From: Candidatus Altimarinota bacterium
Lineage (GTDB): Bacteria; Patescibacteriota; Gracilibacteria; UBA1369
Length of the DNA: 32,000 nt
Reading direction: 5' to 3'
NCBI GenBank assembly: GCA_041659405.1
Contig: JBAZYK010000009.1
Span: 1 to 32,000 of the forward strand
This document shows, piece after piece, positions 1 to 10,043 of the stretch. Under the pieces are notes generated by a model that was given only the letters and a program-made list of their open reading frames with translations, was not told the DNA's origin and made no database searches. The position numbers and the translations under genes are program-made. Numbering within the stretch: position 1 is the stretch's first letter; each line of letters opens with the position of its first letter.

Positions 1-234
1 AAAAGCGATGCGCCGCGGCGGGAACCGTATTTAAGTGATGTGTTTTTATGTGTGGCGGAGCTCTGGCATTGGGCCTTATTACGGTTTGAAGCCCACAAAT
101 TCCCTGAAGCCTGTGAACGGCTTGCCGTAGAGCGATTTGACGACTGGGGGGGGGCGTTGTGGAACATACTTTGGCTGGTCAGAGGCAGTACCGGGGCGAT
201 GGTGTTTGCGGAGGAAGTTTATGTGCGTAAATAA
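1..234 (+). CDS. C-terminal fragment of an unidentified protein (open at window start)
   Basis: The frame is open from base 1 (KSDAPRREPYLSDVFLCVAELWHWALL...EEVYVRK) and stops at 232-234. No family recognised. Confidence 0.5.
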   Translation, partial: KSDAPRREPYLSDVFLCVAELWHWALLRFEAHKFPEACERLAVERFDDWGGALWNILWLVRGSTGAMVFAEEVYVRK

Positions 235-334
235 CACAGGTATCCTCGTGCATCACTAGATTGTAACTAAATTACCCGAAATCCGGCTCAAAGACAAATT
301 TCAGTGGCTCAAAAAAAATCCAAAAAGTTCTCAA

Positions 335-515
335 CCACTCACTATTTTATTAAGGTTTTCTGGGGAATTATTTCTTGGCGACGTTGCGAGCGCAGCCAGT
401 CGAGCATCATGATGCGAGACTTTCGTGAGGGCGTACATGCTAGCCCGAACGAACCGGCGAAGCGTTCGCCAAGAAATAATTCCCCAGAAAACTCAATGTA
501 AAAGCTAGTAAGTGG
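335..515. repeat. Variable-arm structured element, type A copy 1 (perfect arms 355-381/466-492, imperfect outer extension 335-344/506-515)
   Basis: gttttctggggaattatttcttggcga is the exact reverse complement of tcgccaagaaataattccccagaaaac. The core 382-465 is shared with two other loci. Confidence 0.93.
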
Positions 516-584
516 AGACTTAATGTGTACTTATTTTAAATCCATGTTACAATGCCCCTCGGGCTTTTGTTAAACAAAAAATCA

Positions 585-2162
585 ATGCCAAACGAATTAA
601 TTGACCTTATTATTATTGCCGGCGGATTGGTAGGAGGAGCTATGGTTGGACTATTCCTTTTAAAGCCAAAAGCAGTCGCCGATCTTGAGGCTGTTCAAAG
701 AAAAAGTGAAGAACTTTTAGCTAAAAGTAGTGAAGAGTCGGTAGATGTCCAAAAAAGGGCACAGGCCGATATTGAACTCATGCAAAAAAGAGGAATAGAT
801 CACGAAGAAAAAAGCAAAATCCAGGCTGAAAAAATTGAAAAATTAATCCTTTCCAAAGAAGAACAGCTTAAGGGCAAAGAGCAAAAAAACGCGGAAATAA
901 AAGGCCTTTTAGACCAGGAAGAAGCCGCAATTAAAAATCTCGAAGAGAAAAATAAAGACCTGGAAAAAGAGATGACCCTAAAGTTGGCTCAAAAAACCGG
1001 TTATACTCTTGAAAGTGTTAAAGATGACCTTCTCAACGAGTTTGATCGCGATTTGGAATTGCAAAGGGAAGATCGCCTCCACAAATACGAAGAATATTTA
1101 AAAGAAGAAAAAGAGCATATCGCCAAAAACCTGATCACGCAGGTCATTCAAAGGTATTCAGCCCCAACCTCTGTCGAGAAAAAAAGCTCAACCTTAACAG
1201 TCACCCGTGATGAAATTAAGGGCAAATTGATTGGCGCAAAAGCCGAAAATCTTTTACTTATAGAAGAACTTACCGGCGTTGATATTATCTTTAATGATTC
1301 CCCGGACACCATTATTGTTTCCTGTTTTGATCTGGTAAGACGCCATATTGCGCGCGAAACGATCAGTAAATTAATGAAAGAACGCATAGTCAATCCGGAT
1401 AAAGTTCGTGAAAAATTAAAAGAAGTGGAGTTTGAAACAGATCGAAGTTTGATTAAAATTGGCAGAGACACGGTCAGAATGCTGGGCTTGGAACATCGTC
1501 AATTTCCGCCGGAATTTATGAAAACAATCGGGCGTTTAAAGTTTAGAACAAGTTACGGGCAAAATATTCTTAAGCATTCTTTTGAGGTCGGCTACTTCAC
1601 GCTTATGCTTGGTGGAGAGCTTGGCGTTAATATGGTTGATTGTAAAATTGGCGGATTTTTTCACGATTTGGGAAAAGCGATTGACCAGGAAGTTGGCGGG
1701 TCACATGACGTACTTACTAAAGAAATTATGGAGAAATATACCTTTTCGGAAGACGAAATCCATGCCGCTTGGGCGCATCATGATGCCATTCCACAGCGCA
1801 CTGCCGAAGCCATGTTGGTTAAGGCGGGTGATGCAATTTCCGCCGGTCGTCCGGGTGCACGTCAGGAATCACTCGAAAAATATATTGAACGCATTCAGGC
1901 TATTGAACGCATTTCCAATTCTTATGAAGGTGTAAGTAAATCTTTTGCGATTTCCGCCGGACGTGAGGTTCGTGTAATTGTTGAACCTCAAAGGTTAAAA
2001 GACGACGACCTTCCTTATTTAGCAGAAAACATTGCCGAAGAAATCCAGGCAAACGTGGGGTATCCTGGAAAAATTAAAATAAATGTTATTCGCCGAACCA
2101 AGAATATTGATTATGCTAAAGCCAAAGATGGCTCGGTGGTTTTACCAAAATTTAAAAAATAA
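585..2162 (+). CDS. rny: Ribonuclease Y (N-terminal TM, coiled coil, KH and HD domains)
   Basis: Long charged coiled coil, KH-type segment (IKGKLIGAKAENLLLIEELTGVDIIFNDSPDTIIVSCFD) and HD motif (GFFHDLGKAIDQEVGGSHDVLTKE). ATG at 552 is an alternative start. Confidence 0.95.
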   Translation: MPNELIDLIIIAGGLVGGAMVGLFLLKPKAVADLEAVQRKSEELLAKSSEESVDVQKRAQADIELMQKRGIDHEEKSKIQAEKIEKLILSKEEQLKGKEQKNAEIKGLLDQEEAAIKNLEEKNKDLEKEMTLKLAQKTGYTLESVKDDLLNEFDRDLELQREDRLHKYEEYLKEEKEHIAKNLITQVIQRYSAPTSVEKKSSTLTVTRDEIKGKLIGAKAENLLLIEELTGVDIIFNDSPDTIIVSCFDLVRRHIARETISKLMKERIVNPDKVREKLKEVEFETDRSLIKIGRDTVRMLGLEHRQFPPEFMKTIGRLKFRTSYGQNILKHSFEVGYFTLMLGGELGVNMVDCKIGGFFHDLGKAIDQEVGGSHDVLTKEIMEKYTFSEDEIHAAWAHHDAIPQRTAEAMLVKAGDAISAGRPGARQESLEKYIERIQAIERISNSYEGVSKSFAISAGREVRVIVEPQRLKDDDLPYLAENIAEEIQANVGYPGKIKINVIRRTKNIDYAKAKDGSVVLPKFKK

Positions 2163-2164
2163 TT

Positions 2165-3097
2165 ATGTACGATGTCGCAATTATTGGCTGTGGACCGGCC
2201 GGTTTAATGGCTGCCGTTTATACCTCCCGCGCTCAATTGAAAACGGTTATTTTTGGCGATTATAAAAAAGGTAATCTTTATAAATCTCATGTTATTGCCA
2301 ATTTTTTAGGATTTCCTGACTCGATTACCGGGCCTGAATTAGCCGCTAAAGGAGTGGAGCATGCCAAAAAATTTGGCGCAGAAATTTTAAGCAACGAAAT
2401 TGTTGATATTAACATCAATGAAGATGGGACTTTTACCCTTAAAACTGAGCAGCAAAAAGATTTTCAAACCAAAACGGTTATCATTGCCACCGGCCAAAGT
2501 TATGCTTTGAGTGGCATCAAAAACGAGCAGGAATTAACCGGCAAAGGTGTTTCCTATTGTGTTATTTGTGATGGATTTTTCTTCCGCAATAAAAACGTGG
2601 TGGTTGTTGGCAGTGGCAACTATGCCGCCGAAGAAGCTTTGCAACTGATGAATTATACTAAAAATGTGACTGTTTTAAGCCACGGCAAGGACTTTGCTTT
2701 TTCTCCGGAAATGCAAAAAGAAGTTGAGGCAGCCGGAATCAAAATGCAAAAAACCGCACGCATTAAAGAAATAACTGACTCTTTGGGGAATGCCGTTCCC
2801 CTCAAAGCTGAAAAAATTATTTTTACGGATGGTCCGGAAATGGCTACGGAAGGTGTCTTTATGGCAGTTGGCGTGGCGGGCGCAACAGCTTTTGCCAAAA
2901 AACTTGGAATGGAAATGACCAATAACTACATTAAAGTCGATTTTGAGGGCAAAACCAACATCCCGGGCCTATTTGCGGCCGGTGACTGTACCGGAAGTCC
3001 TGCGCAGGTTGCCTCAAGCGTAGGTGCGGGTTGTAATGCGGCGCTAAGTGCGATAAAATTGCTAAGAGGTTCAAAGGTTTATATTCAATATAACTAA
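2165..3097 (+). CDS. trxB: Thioredoxin-disulfide reductase
   Basis: FAD motif IIGCGPAGLMAAVY, redox CxxC (SYCVICDGFFF), NADP motif VVVGSGNYAAEEAL, C-terminal GLFAAGDCTGSPAQVASSVGAG. Confidence 0.95.
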   Translation: MYDVAIIGCGPAGLMAAVYTSRAQLKTVIFGDYKKGNLYKSHVIANFLGFPDSITGPELAAKGVEHAKKFGAEILSNEIVDININEDGTFTLKTEQQKDFQTKTVIIATGQSYALSGIKNEQELTGKGVSYCVICDGFFFRNKNVVVVGSGNYAAEEALQLMNYTKNVTVLSHGKDFAFSPEMQKEVEAAGIKMQKTARIKEITDSLGNAVPLKAEKIIFTDGPEMATEGVFMAVGVAGATAFAKKLGMEMTNNYIKVDFEGKTNIPGLFAAGDCTGSPAQVASSVGAGCNAALSAIKLLRGSKVYIQYN

Positions 3098-3102
3098 TTC
3101 CC

Positions 3103-3486
3103 ATGTTTGGATTTGGTAAAAGAAAGAATAAAGACCAGGACAGAAAAAAGTCTAAGCTCGACAAACTTGTAATGGGAGCCATTGTTGGAGGTGCCATCGG
3201 TTCCGTAATCGGCATGACTATCGCTCCCCAAAAAGGCGCGGAAACCCGTGAAATGTTAGCTCAAAAAGGGAAAGATGTATACGCAAAAGGCAAAGAAGTC
3301 GGTGGGCAAATTCAGTCATCATTAGAAGAAAGGCTTGCGGATCGAAAAGAAAAAATGGGCTCCGTTCCAAAAAAAAAAGGTTTTTTTGGTCGTCTAAAAG
3401 ATAAAATTTTCCACAAGAAAATTAAAAATAAACAAATCTCGCTCAACGAAAAAGATTTCAAAAAGATCCCCCACGAAATGGACTAA
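3103..3486 (+). CDS. YtxH-like small protein
   Basis: Glycine-rich hydrophobic segment (VGGAIGSVIGMTIAPQKGAETREML) followed by a Lys-rich tail. Confidence 0.65.
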   Translation: MFGFGKRKNKDQDRKKSKLDKLVMGAIVGGAIGSVIGMTIAPQKGAETREMLAQKGKDVYAKGKEVGGQIQSSLEERLADRKEKMGSVPKKKGFFGRLKDKIFHKKIKNKQISLNEKDFKKIPHEMD

Positions 3487-3501
3487 GGATTGGGCCCAAG
3501 A

Positions 3502-5385
3502 CTAGATCGCCTTTAATGGAGCCACCGTAGTTTTAACCGGTGTTTTTAGCGTTGAAGCAGGTTGAACATTTGCCGGAACCGATTGTTGAGTGCTTGAAAC
3601 AATAACCTGCTGGGTCTGTTGAGTAGGTGGCGGTATTGGCTTATAAGTGCTGGCAATAGGCTCCTTTTTGGTCTGACCATCCTTGGTTATAAGACGATAC
3701 CAAATATAATTCATTCCCCCACCATGCGGCCCATCCAGGGCTACGCTACGGCCATCATTGGTGCCATAAAACTTAAAGTAAGCATTAGAGCCTTCATCAT
3801 AAGCCTGAATCAAAAGATAGCTGGGAGTATCGTTTAAAAATTTTAAATCATGAGACCCCGGATAAATGGTTGCATCAAGCCCATGGCCTCCAATTTGGGA
3901 ATAATACGTAACTTTCCAGGAATGAGGGGCTCTTTCTATAATTGGCAATCCTGCCCATAAAGCCGCCCGATATAACGTCGTTGAAACCTGACAAATTCCA
4001 CCACCAACCTCAAGCTCTATTTTATTCTGCTTGATAACTTTTTCAGGTAAATATCCGCTTGAATAGTCCACTTGCCCCAAATATTTGTTAAACGAAAACT
4101 GTTCTCCCGGCTTTACCAGCAATCCATTATATTTTTGAATGCCAACGTTTATATTATGCATACGATTTGGCGGAGATCCATAATATGATGTATGTCCGGT
4201 TGCAAGCAATTCTTTAATTCCCAGGTCTTTCAACTCATCGGAAATATTAACTTTGGCCTTGTCTTCATGTACCGGGATTTCAAACCCGCGAATGCCCGTG
4301 TTCAAAGCTAAATTCATGCCGGCAACCAATTTAGCCGATTCAACCGACAAGCCATTTTCGCCCCGACCCTCTATCACAACCTCCCCTTTTTCGTCCTTAT
4401 AAATTTTCACATCTTCGGTGTTTTTATTAATCACAGAAACAACATTTTTCGCCAAAAATGGCCAAATTGCAGATGAATCAAAAGCAATTCGCGGAACAGT
4501 TTTTAATCTAAAATCATTATTTTCTCCCACAATATCTTCTCCCAAAATAACCGGCAAAGACCATCCCAATTTCTTAAATTCCAGGATTTGTTCATCTTCA
4601 AAAACCAACGAATCACTATGTATCAACGGGTCAATTTTATAATTCCGCCCGTCATACTTCAAAGTTATTGGGCTGGTCATCGCAGCCTGAAAACGCCCTT
4701 GCCCAGCGGTTAAAGTAGTGGCCGTTATGCTTGCATTTTCGGGTATTATATTCAATTCAATCACCCCATTTTGTAAATTTTGAGTATATTTTTCCAGCAT
4801 TCTCAAAAGTTCCGGACGATCAAAAACCGTTCCGTTCACCTCCGGCTGAATTTCCAGTTTTTTATTTTTGGAAATTAAACGTGCATTTTTTGCTCGTTGC
4901 CCGGTGATGCCAAATTTTTCTTCAAGAACATTCAAAACCTTTTCGCCATCCATGGCATATGCCAAAGCAAAATGCTCTTCTTTCAAAAATCCTCCAACAA
5001 AAGAAAGTGCTTTAGAAGCGGTAAAATGATAAATCGGCAAATTATTTATTACGCGCTGATTGGCAAAAGTAATCCCCAGTTCTTTAGGTGTTACGGCCAA
5101 CTCTTTTCCCTGGAAACTGAAAACGATTGGAGTTGTTTCATATGTTTCGACCTTCTTGTTTAACAGTGTCACCGCATCATCTGTAGTCAGATAACCCAAA
5201 GCCACAGGACCGGCATAAACCCTTGGGTAAACGCGCTGATCGGAATGCAGATCAACCACTATCAAAATAGAAGACACAGCAATAATTCCGGCAAAATAAA
5301 GACCACCACGAAGCAGCTTTTTTTTTGCTCCGTTTTTCACAGTATTCCACTCGGGAATTTTCGAATTTTTTTTTGGTGAAGTCAT
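3502..5385 (-). CDS. VanW family protein with N-terminal TM and peptidoglycan-binding-like region
   Basis: VanW core: GEQFSFNKYLGQVDYSSGYLPEKVI...LEVGGGICQVSTTLYRAALWAGLPIIERAPHSWKVTYY. Confidence 0.9.
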   Translation of the reverse strand: MTSPKKNSKIPEWNTVKNGAKKKLLRGGLYFAGIIAVSSILIVVDLHSDQRVYPRVYAGPVALGYLTTDDAVTLLNKKVETYETTPIVFSFQGKELAVTPKELGITFANQRVINNLPIYHFTASKALSFVGGFLKEEHFALAYAMDGEKVLNVLEEKFGITGQRAKNARLISKNKKLEIQPEVNGTVFDRPELLRMLEKYTQNLQNGVIELNIIPENASITATTLTAGQGRFQAAMTSPITLKYDGRNYKIDPLIHSDSLVFEDEQILEFKKLGWSLPVILGEDIVGENNDFRLKTVPRIAFDSSAIWPFLAKNVVSVINKNTEDVKIYKDEKGEVVIEGRGENGLSVESAKLVAGMNLALNTGIRGFEIPVHEDKAKVNISDELKDLGIKELLATGHTSYYGSPPNRMHNINVGIQKYNGLLVKPGEQFSFNKYLGQVDYSSGYLPEKVIKQNKIELEVGGGICQVSTTLYRAALWAGLPIIERAPHSWKVTYYSQIGGHGLDATIYPGSHDLKFLNDTPSYLLIQAYDEGSNAYFKFYGTNDGRSVALDGPHGGGMNYIWYRLITKDGQTKKEPIASTYKPIPPPTQQTQQVIVSSTQQSVPANVQPASTLKTPVKTTVAPLKAI

Positions 5386-5398
5386 ATTGCAAATTCCA

Positions 5399-6166
5399 TT
5401 ATGGCAGATCTTTCAGCATTTTAACAGCATCCTCATTGTCCGGAAACATGGCCAGTACCTCCCCTAAAATGTGCTTTGCCTCGGTTACCGTCCCCTGATC
5501 CTGATAAAACTGTGCCAGAGTTAAAAGGTAATTCAGATTTTTTGGATCCATATCTATAGCTTTTTGAAAATGCACTAACGCCTTATCGGTTTCATTCATT
5601 TCATGCAGTATTTGGCCCAGGCTAAAATATCTTCCGGCGCGCCCATGGTCCAATTCAATGGCTTTCTCGTAACAAGATTTCGCTTCCGGCAATTGTTGTT
5701 GATGATAAAGTGTCAGTCCCAAATTGCTATGATAAGAAGCCTCATCGGACTTGGCTGAAACAAGTTTTCGGAAAAGCATTTCCGCTTTTTTATATTGAGC
5801 TTGCTTAAGATAAATCAGCCCAAGTTTGTTATAAGCTTCCAGATTGCTCGGGTCCAAAGAAAGGCTTTGAATAAGCAACTTTTCGGTATCATTCAACTCC
5901 CCTTTTTCCAAAAAAGCTTCAGCGCGTTTAAATAAAGACTTTCCCTTTACCGCATTTTTAGGATTAATGGACTCCGGCGAAGGAATCATCTCTTGCGCTG
6001 TAACTTCATGTTTTTCCTCGGTTATATGATGAAAAAGCTGAGAGAAAACTCGCTTGCGTTTACTAAAAATTTGCCCTGCGGCAAATCCTTTTTCGGTGAT
6101 CTGATAGCGACGAACAAAAATCACCAGCAAAAGTGCAACCCCTATAACAAACAAAAATAATTTCAT
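5399..6166 (-). CDS. Membrane-anchored tetratricopeptide repeat protein
   Basis: N-terminal hydrophobic helix and repeated TPR units (NLEAYNKLGLIYLKQAQYKKAE, ASYHSNLGLTLYHQQQLPEAK, AGRYFSLGQILHEMNETDKAL). Confidence 0.88.
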   Translation of the reverse strand: MKLFLFVIGVALLLVIFVRRYQITEKGFAAGQIFSKRKRVFSQLFHHITEEKHEVTAQEMIPSPESINPKNAVKGKSLFKRAEAFLEKGELNDTEKLLIQSLSLDPSNLEAYNKLGLIYLKQAQYKKAEMLFRKLVSAKSDEASYHSNLGLTLYHQQQLPEAKSCYEKAIELDHGRAGRYFSLGQILHEMNETDKALVHFQKAIDMDPKNLNYLLTLAQFYQDQGTVTEAKHILGEVLAMFPDNEDAVKMLKDLP

Positions 6167-7092
6167 AAAGCGAGCATTAAATTTTCCAGAGCCAAACGGG
6201 CATTAATATTTCTTTGGAGCAGATCAGCGGTCTTTTGCAGGTCAAGAATCAGCTTAACCCGTTTTTTTACCAGGCCTTCATCCAATTCATTTTGCGCGGA
6301 AAGTTTTAACAATTCCTGTCGGGCAACTGCCAAAAAAACCTGGAAGAAATCATCATATGGCAGCTCCTCCTTAATCATTGTAGCGACATATAGAAATCTT
6401 TCAACCCGGTCCTCTTTATCCATTAACAAAATAAGTTCTTCATACATTTTTTTATAATTACGAAAAAGTTCATCATTCTCGGCAAGTTGAATGACCTTCC
6501 CCGGCTTTCCCAAGGCCAAAGAAGTTAACGCTTCCAGTTCCTGGGTATTCTTCTCCGGATAACGAATTTTTAAAAAATCAGCAAGTTCAGTGGTCTGTAA
6601 ATTTTGGAATTTCAAAAGCCTCACGCGTGAAATTATCGTTGCCAAAAGCGCTTTAAGGTTACTCGTAGTCAACAAAAAAATCACATTTGGCGGCGGATCT
6701 TCCAGTGTTTTTAAAAGCGCATTTGAAGATTCCAAAGTCATCCTTTCAACATTTTGGATCAAAACAACCTGATACTTACTTTGCGTAGTTGTATTTAAAC
6801 GCATAATCAGCTCGCGAATCTGGTCAATTTTAATCGATTCGCCGTCATCAGTAAGCTCTATTGTGTCAGGGTGATAGCCCTTTTCTATGTGATGACAAAT
6901 CTGACAAACATGACAGAAATTATTTTCGCACTGCAAAATTTTGGCGAGCGTTTTCATCACACTAAACTTACCAACCTGCTGCGGCCCGGAAACAAGATAA
7001 GCGTGCGAAAGATTATTTTGAGCAAGATCCTGCTCCAATTCCGCAAGCTGTTTTTGATGTCCAATGATGTCCCATTTATAACGTAGATTCAT
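6163..7092 (-). CDS. holB: DNA polymerase III delta-prime-like clamp-loader subunit
   Basis: GPQQVGKFSVMKTLAKIL, Cys cluster CENNFCHVCQIC, SSNALLKTLEDPPPNVIFLLTTSN...IISRV. Overlaps the TPR gene start by 4 nt. Confidence 0.88.
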   Translation of the reverse strand: MNLRYKWDIIGHQKQLAELEQDLAQNNLSHAYLVSGPQQVGKFSVMKTLAKILQCENNFCHVCQICHHIEKGYHPDTIELTDDGESIKIDQIRELIMRLNTTTQSKYQVVLIQNVERMTLESSNALLKTLEDPPPNVIFLLTTSNLKALLATIISRVRLLKFQNLQTTELADFLKIRYPEKNTQELEALTSLALGKPGKVIQLAENDELFRNYKKMYEELILLMDKEDRVERFLYVATMIKEELPYDDFFQVFLAVARQELLKLSAQNELDEGLVKKRVKLILDLQKTADLLQRNINARLALENLMLAL

Positions 7093-7184
7093 GTTTTAAA
7101 ACAAAATTATTATTTGGGATAAGCCACTTAAGGCTCGTCTCCACGCACGAAGTGCCTATTTCTACCGCAAGCCCAGCCCCCAGC

Positions 7185-8483
7185 CTATTTCCAGGCTTTA
7201 TCCTGCCGTACTAAAACCTCATCGGCTTTTTCCGGATTTTGCATGAGCGCTTTGATCAATTTTTCCAGACGCACATTGTTTTGTGAGCCTTTCACCAGCA
7301 TAATATCACCTTTTTGCAAAAAAGTTTGCAGATAATAAGCCGCCTCTTCCGAGTTTTGAAAGTGCCTTGAAAGACTTTCCGCTTTAGCCCCTGGCTTTAA
7401 TTGAGCCCCAGCTTCCACACCGTTTTTTTGAGCCGCATCAAAAATCCATTCAGCCTGATCCCCGATTGTAATTAAAATATCCGCCGTTTCACACGCCGCT
7501 TTTCCCACTTCGCGGTGATATTTTTCAGCATGAGCACCCAGTTCATTCATGCTGCCAAGCACAGCAATTTTTCTTGCCCCGGGGAAATCTTTCAAAACCA
7601 GCAGAGCCTCTTTCATGGCTTCCGGAGAGGCATTATAAGAACTATCAATAATAATTGCTCCATTTATTCCTTCGATTAAATTCATTCTTCCCGGGGGCAA
7701 TTGATAACTTTTTAAAGCCTCGCAGGCCTCTTCCAAAGTAAATCCCTGCGAAAGTGCCACTGCCAAAGCCGGCAAAACTACATAAATTTGAAATTTACCC
7801 GGCAAAGCCAATTCACATTCCTGAATCGCTTCTTTGAAAGAAATCGTAAAGCGAATGCCATTTGCGGTGTTATCCAGGCTCAAAACCTTTAAATCGGCAA
7901 TATCGGAAAATCCATAAAAAAGTTTTTTACATTTCAAATTGTTATATAGCGCAACAATGTAAGGATCATCCGCGTTCAAGATTGCAAAGCCCTTTTCCGG
8001 CAGCCGATTAATCAGTTTCCGTTTTTCCAAAAAAATATCTTCCAAATCTTTAAATTGTCCCGGCCCCAAATGAACAGGTTTAATGGCCGTCATTACACCA
8101 ATTTGCGGCTTCACCAGCTTAAGCAAAACATCCATATCCCCCGGCTTATCCACGCCCATTTCCAAAACCATCATTTGGATGTTGTGACCTCCCCAAAAAG
8201 CTTTCCCGAAACTCCGCAACAAGGTTTTAACCCAGCCCCAAGCCGATGAAAACCCCGATGATTGTTCTAAAATTGCCAACGGCAATCCAAATTCCGTATT
8301 ATAACTTTTTTCATTTCGTAAAACGTTATAACGTGTCTTCAATATGCTGTAAATTGCATCTTTAGTACTTGTTTTGCCAACCGAGCCGGTAACCCCTATA
8401 ATAAACGGGCGCAATCTTCTAATTCGAACGCAGGTCAAAAAATACAGAAGCCCAAAAACAAGTTTTTTAAAAGTTTTTTTCAT
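7185..8483 (-). CDS. murF: MurF-like UDP-N-acetylmuramoyl-tripeptide--D-alanyl-D-alanine ligase with N-terminal hydrophobic segment
   Basis: Mur ligase P-loop GVTGSVGKTSTKDAI, central ILNADDPY, C-terminal IIDSSYNASPEAMKEAL and GSMNELG. Confidence 0.88.
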   Translation of the reverse strand: MKKTFKKLVFGLLYFLTCVRIRRLRPFIIGVTGSVGKTSTKDAIYSILKTRYNVLRNEKSYNTEFGLPLAILEQSSGFSSAWGWVKTLLRSFGKAFWGGHNIQMMVLEMGVDKPGDMDVLLKLVKPQIGVMTAIKPVHLGPGQFKDLEDIFLEKRKLINRLPEKGFAILNADDPYIVALYNNLKCKKLFYGFSDIADLKVLSLDNTANGIRFTISFKEAIQECELALPGKFQIYVVLPALAVALSQGFTLEEACEALKSYQLPPGRMNLIEGINGAIIIDSSYNASPEAMKEALLVLKDFPGARKIAVLGSMNELGAHAEKYHREVGKAACETADILITIGDQAEWIFDAAQKNGVEAGAQLKPGAKAESLSRHFQNSEEAAYYLQTFLQKGDIMLVKGSQNNVRLEKLIKALMQNPEKADEVLVRQDKAWK

Positions 8484-8616
8484 AAATAATTAAGCTCCAA
8501 ATCGGGTCAACTCATTCGACTTAGACAGGCCAAAAGATAGCAAAATAAAGCCAAAAGATCAAGCCTAAGGCCGGCGTCACACTTGCAAAAATAATCAATT
8601 TTTTAACCTTTAAATT

Positions 8617-9378
8617 ATGCAAATATCTGCATCTTCCGGGTCAAATTTATTCGGCGCAAAATTAATGTTAAGCGCAATCATCTTAAGCTCGTTCCTTTTG
8701 CAGGGCTGCAGCAACGGAGTAAAGGAAGTCAATCTGGGTTCAATAAACACTCCTCAACCTTCTCAAGCAAGCCTCACCTCCGAGCCAACTCCTAAAATTA
8801 TTCAAACCACTATTACCCAATATTCTTCCGATATGATCAAAAAATATCCACAGCTCGCCGCTCCTAAAAAAGGTGAAACAATCGCCATTATCGAGACCGA
8901 TTTAGGAACCATGAAAATGAAAATTTTCGACAAACAGGTTCCGGATCTGGCCAAAAATTTTACCGAACTCGCTAAAACCGGCAAATACACAAACGTTCCT
9001 TTTCATCGAGTGATCAAAGATTTCATGGTTCAAACCGGTGACTTCACTAACGGCAACGGAACCGGTGGTTACAGTTATAAAGGCCCGGGAAAAGAACTTC
9101 CAAACCAAATTGTTAAGGGAATTGTGCATCTTTATGGAACCGTTTCCATGGCTAAAACAAGCGCTCCGGTTTCAATCGGCAGCCAATTTTTCATTGTTAC
9201 CAACAAAGATGGTACGCCTTTTTTAGATGGAGGATACTCCCCTATTGGCCAAATTTATGAAGGAATGGAAGTTGCCATGGCAATCCAGGATTTACAAATC
9301 CCAGGCGCGGAAGCCCCAAGTCAGGTTGTAAACATCAAGAAAGTTACAATTTCAAAATACGATCCGGCTAAGCCATAA
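8617..9378 (+). CDS. Cyclophilin-type peptidyl-prolyl cis-trans isomerase, predicted lipoprotein
   Basis: Lipobox SSFLLQGCS. Cyclophilin motifs FHRVIKDFMVQTGDFTNGNGTGGYSYKG and GSQFFIVTNKDGTPFLDGGYSPIGQIYEGMEV. Confidence 0.93.
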   Translation: MQISASSGSNLFGAKLMLSAIILSSFLLQGCSNGVKEVNLGSINTPQPSQASLTSEPTPKIIQTTITQYSSDMIKKYPQLAAPKKGETIAIIETDLGTMKMKIFDKQVPDLAKNFTELAKTGKYTNVPFHRVIKDFMVQTGDFTNGNGTGGYSYKGPGKELPNQIVKGIVHLYGTVSMAKTSAPVSIGSQFFIVTNKDGTPFLDGGYSPIGQIYEGMEVAMAIQDLQIPGAEAPSQVVNIKKVTISKYDPAKP

Positions 9379-9416
9379 TCGGCCCAAAATTTCCACGCGT
9401 TTCATCAGGTATTCTT

Positions 9417-9692
9417 ATGTTTAAAGAAGCCCATCTCAAAATTTTTGGCCGGGTCCAAGGCGTTTTCTATCGAGCGGAAGCTCAGGAAAAAGCGCAACAA
9501 CTCGGCCTTAAAGGTTGGGCTAAAAACGCCGCAGACAGCACTGTAGAAGTGCTTATTCAAGGTGCGGAAGCCTCATTACAGGAATTCATTGTTTGGTCCA
9601 AAAAAGGCCCGGAAATGGCCCATGTTACAGAAGTAAAAGTGGATTTCACAACTCTGCCGGCAAAACTGTACGACGAGTTCAGAATTTTTTAA
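9417..9692 (+). CDS. acyP: Acylphosphatase
   Basis: LKIFGRVQGVFYRAEAQEKAQQLGLKGWAKNAADSTVEVLIQG. Confidence 0.94.
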   Translation: MFKEAHLKIFGRVQGVFYRAEAQEKAQQLGLKGWAKNAADSTVEVLIQGAEASLQEFIVWSKKGPEMAHVTEVKVDFTTLPAKLYDEFRIF

Positions 9693-9782
9693 TCCGGCTT
9701 AGGTTTAATCCCATGGTCATACTGCGAAATATTTGTAGTAGGCTATTGTTTTGTATGGTTCAACGCTCACTGGTTTATCTAA

Positions 9783-9923
9783 GTTTTTGTAGGGAATGGC
9801 ATCCTGGCGACATTTGCGAGCGCAGCCGGTCGAGCATCATGATGCGAGACCTTCGCGGAGGCGTACATGTTAGCCGCAGCGAATTGGCGAAGCGTTCGCC
9901 AGGATGCCATTCCCTACAAAAAC
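9783..9923. repeat. Variable-arm structured element, type A copy 2 (arms 9783-9810/9896-9923)
   Basis: gtttttgtagggaatggcatcctggcga is the exact reverse complement of tcgccaggatgccattccctacaaaaac. Shared core 9811-9895. Confidence 0.93.
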
Positions 9924-9970
9924 TCAACGCAAAAACAGGAACAGTTACACATTAACAAAGGTTGTTTATT

Positions 9971-10008
9971 AAAAACAAAAAGCTGGAAGTAAATTAATAC
10001 TCCCAGCT
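9971..10008 (-). terminator. Intrinsic terminator of the infC-rpmI-rplT operon
   Basis: Minus strand AGCTGGGAGTATTAATTTACTTCCAGCTTTTTGTTTTT: an 11-position stem with one mismatch followed by a T-rich tract, just after the rplT stop. Confidence 0.85.
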
Positions 10009-10043
10009 CACATTCTAAATGCAATTCTCAATTCCGGGTGGAA

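Noticed and set aside
355-492. Classical MITE with terminal inverted repeats
   Set aside because: MITE terminal repeats should be conserved within a family and flanked by target site duplications. Here the outer arms vary by locus and no simple direct duplication was seen.
304-501. ORFs across the type A elements (304-501, 9593-9955, 18651-19076), all encoding a CERSxSSIMMRDxRxGVHxSxxExAKRSP-like string
   Set aside because: The similarity is explained by the shared nucleotide core. Variation follows base pairing, copy 2 has a 1 nt length difference, and one ORF overlaps acyP and another carB.
554-568. GCCC-CTC-GGGCTTTT mini-hairpin upstream of rny as a terminator/attenuator
   Set aside because: Only 4 bp of stem and a short T run; too weak to call.
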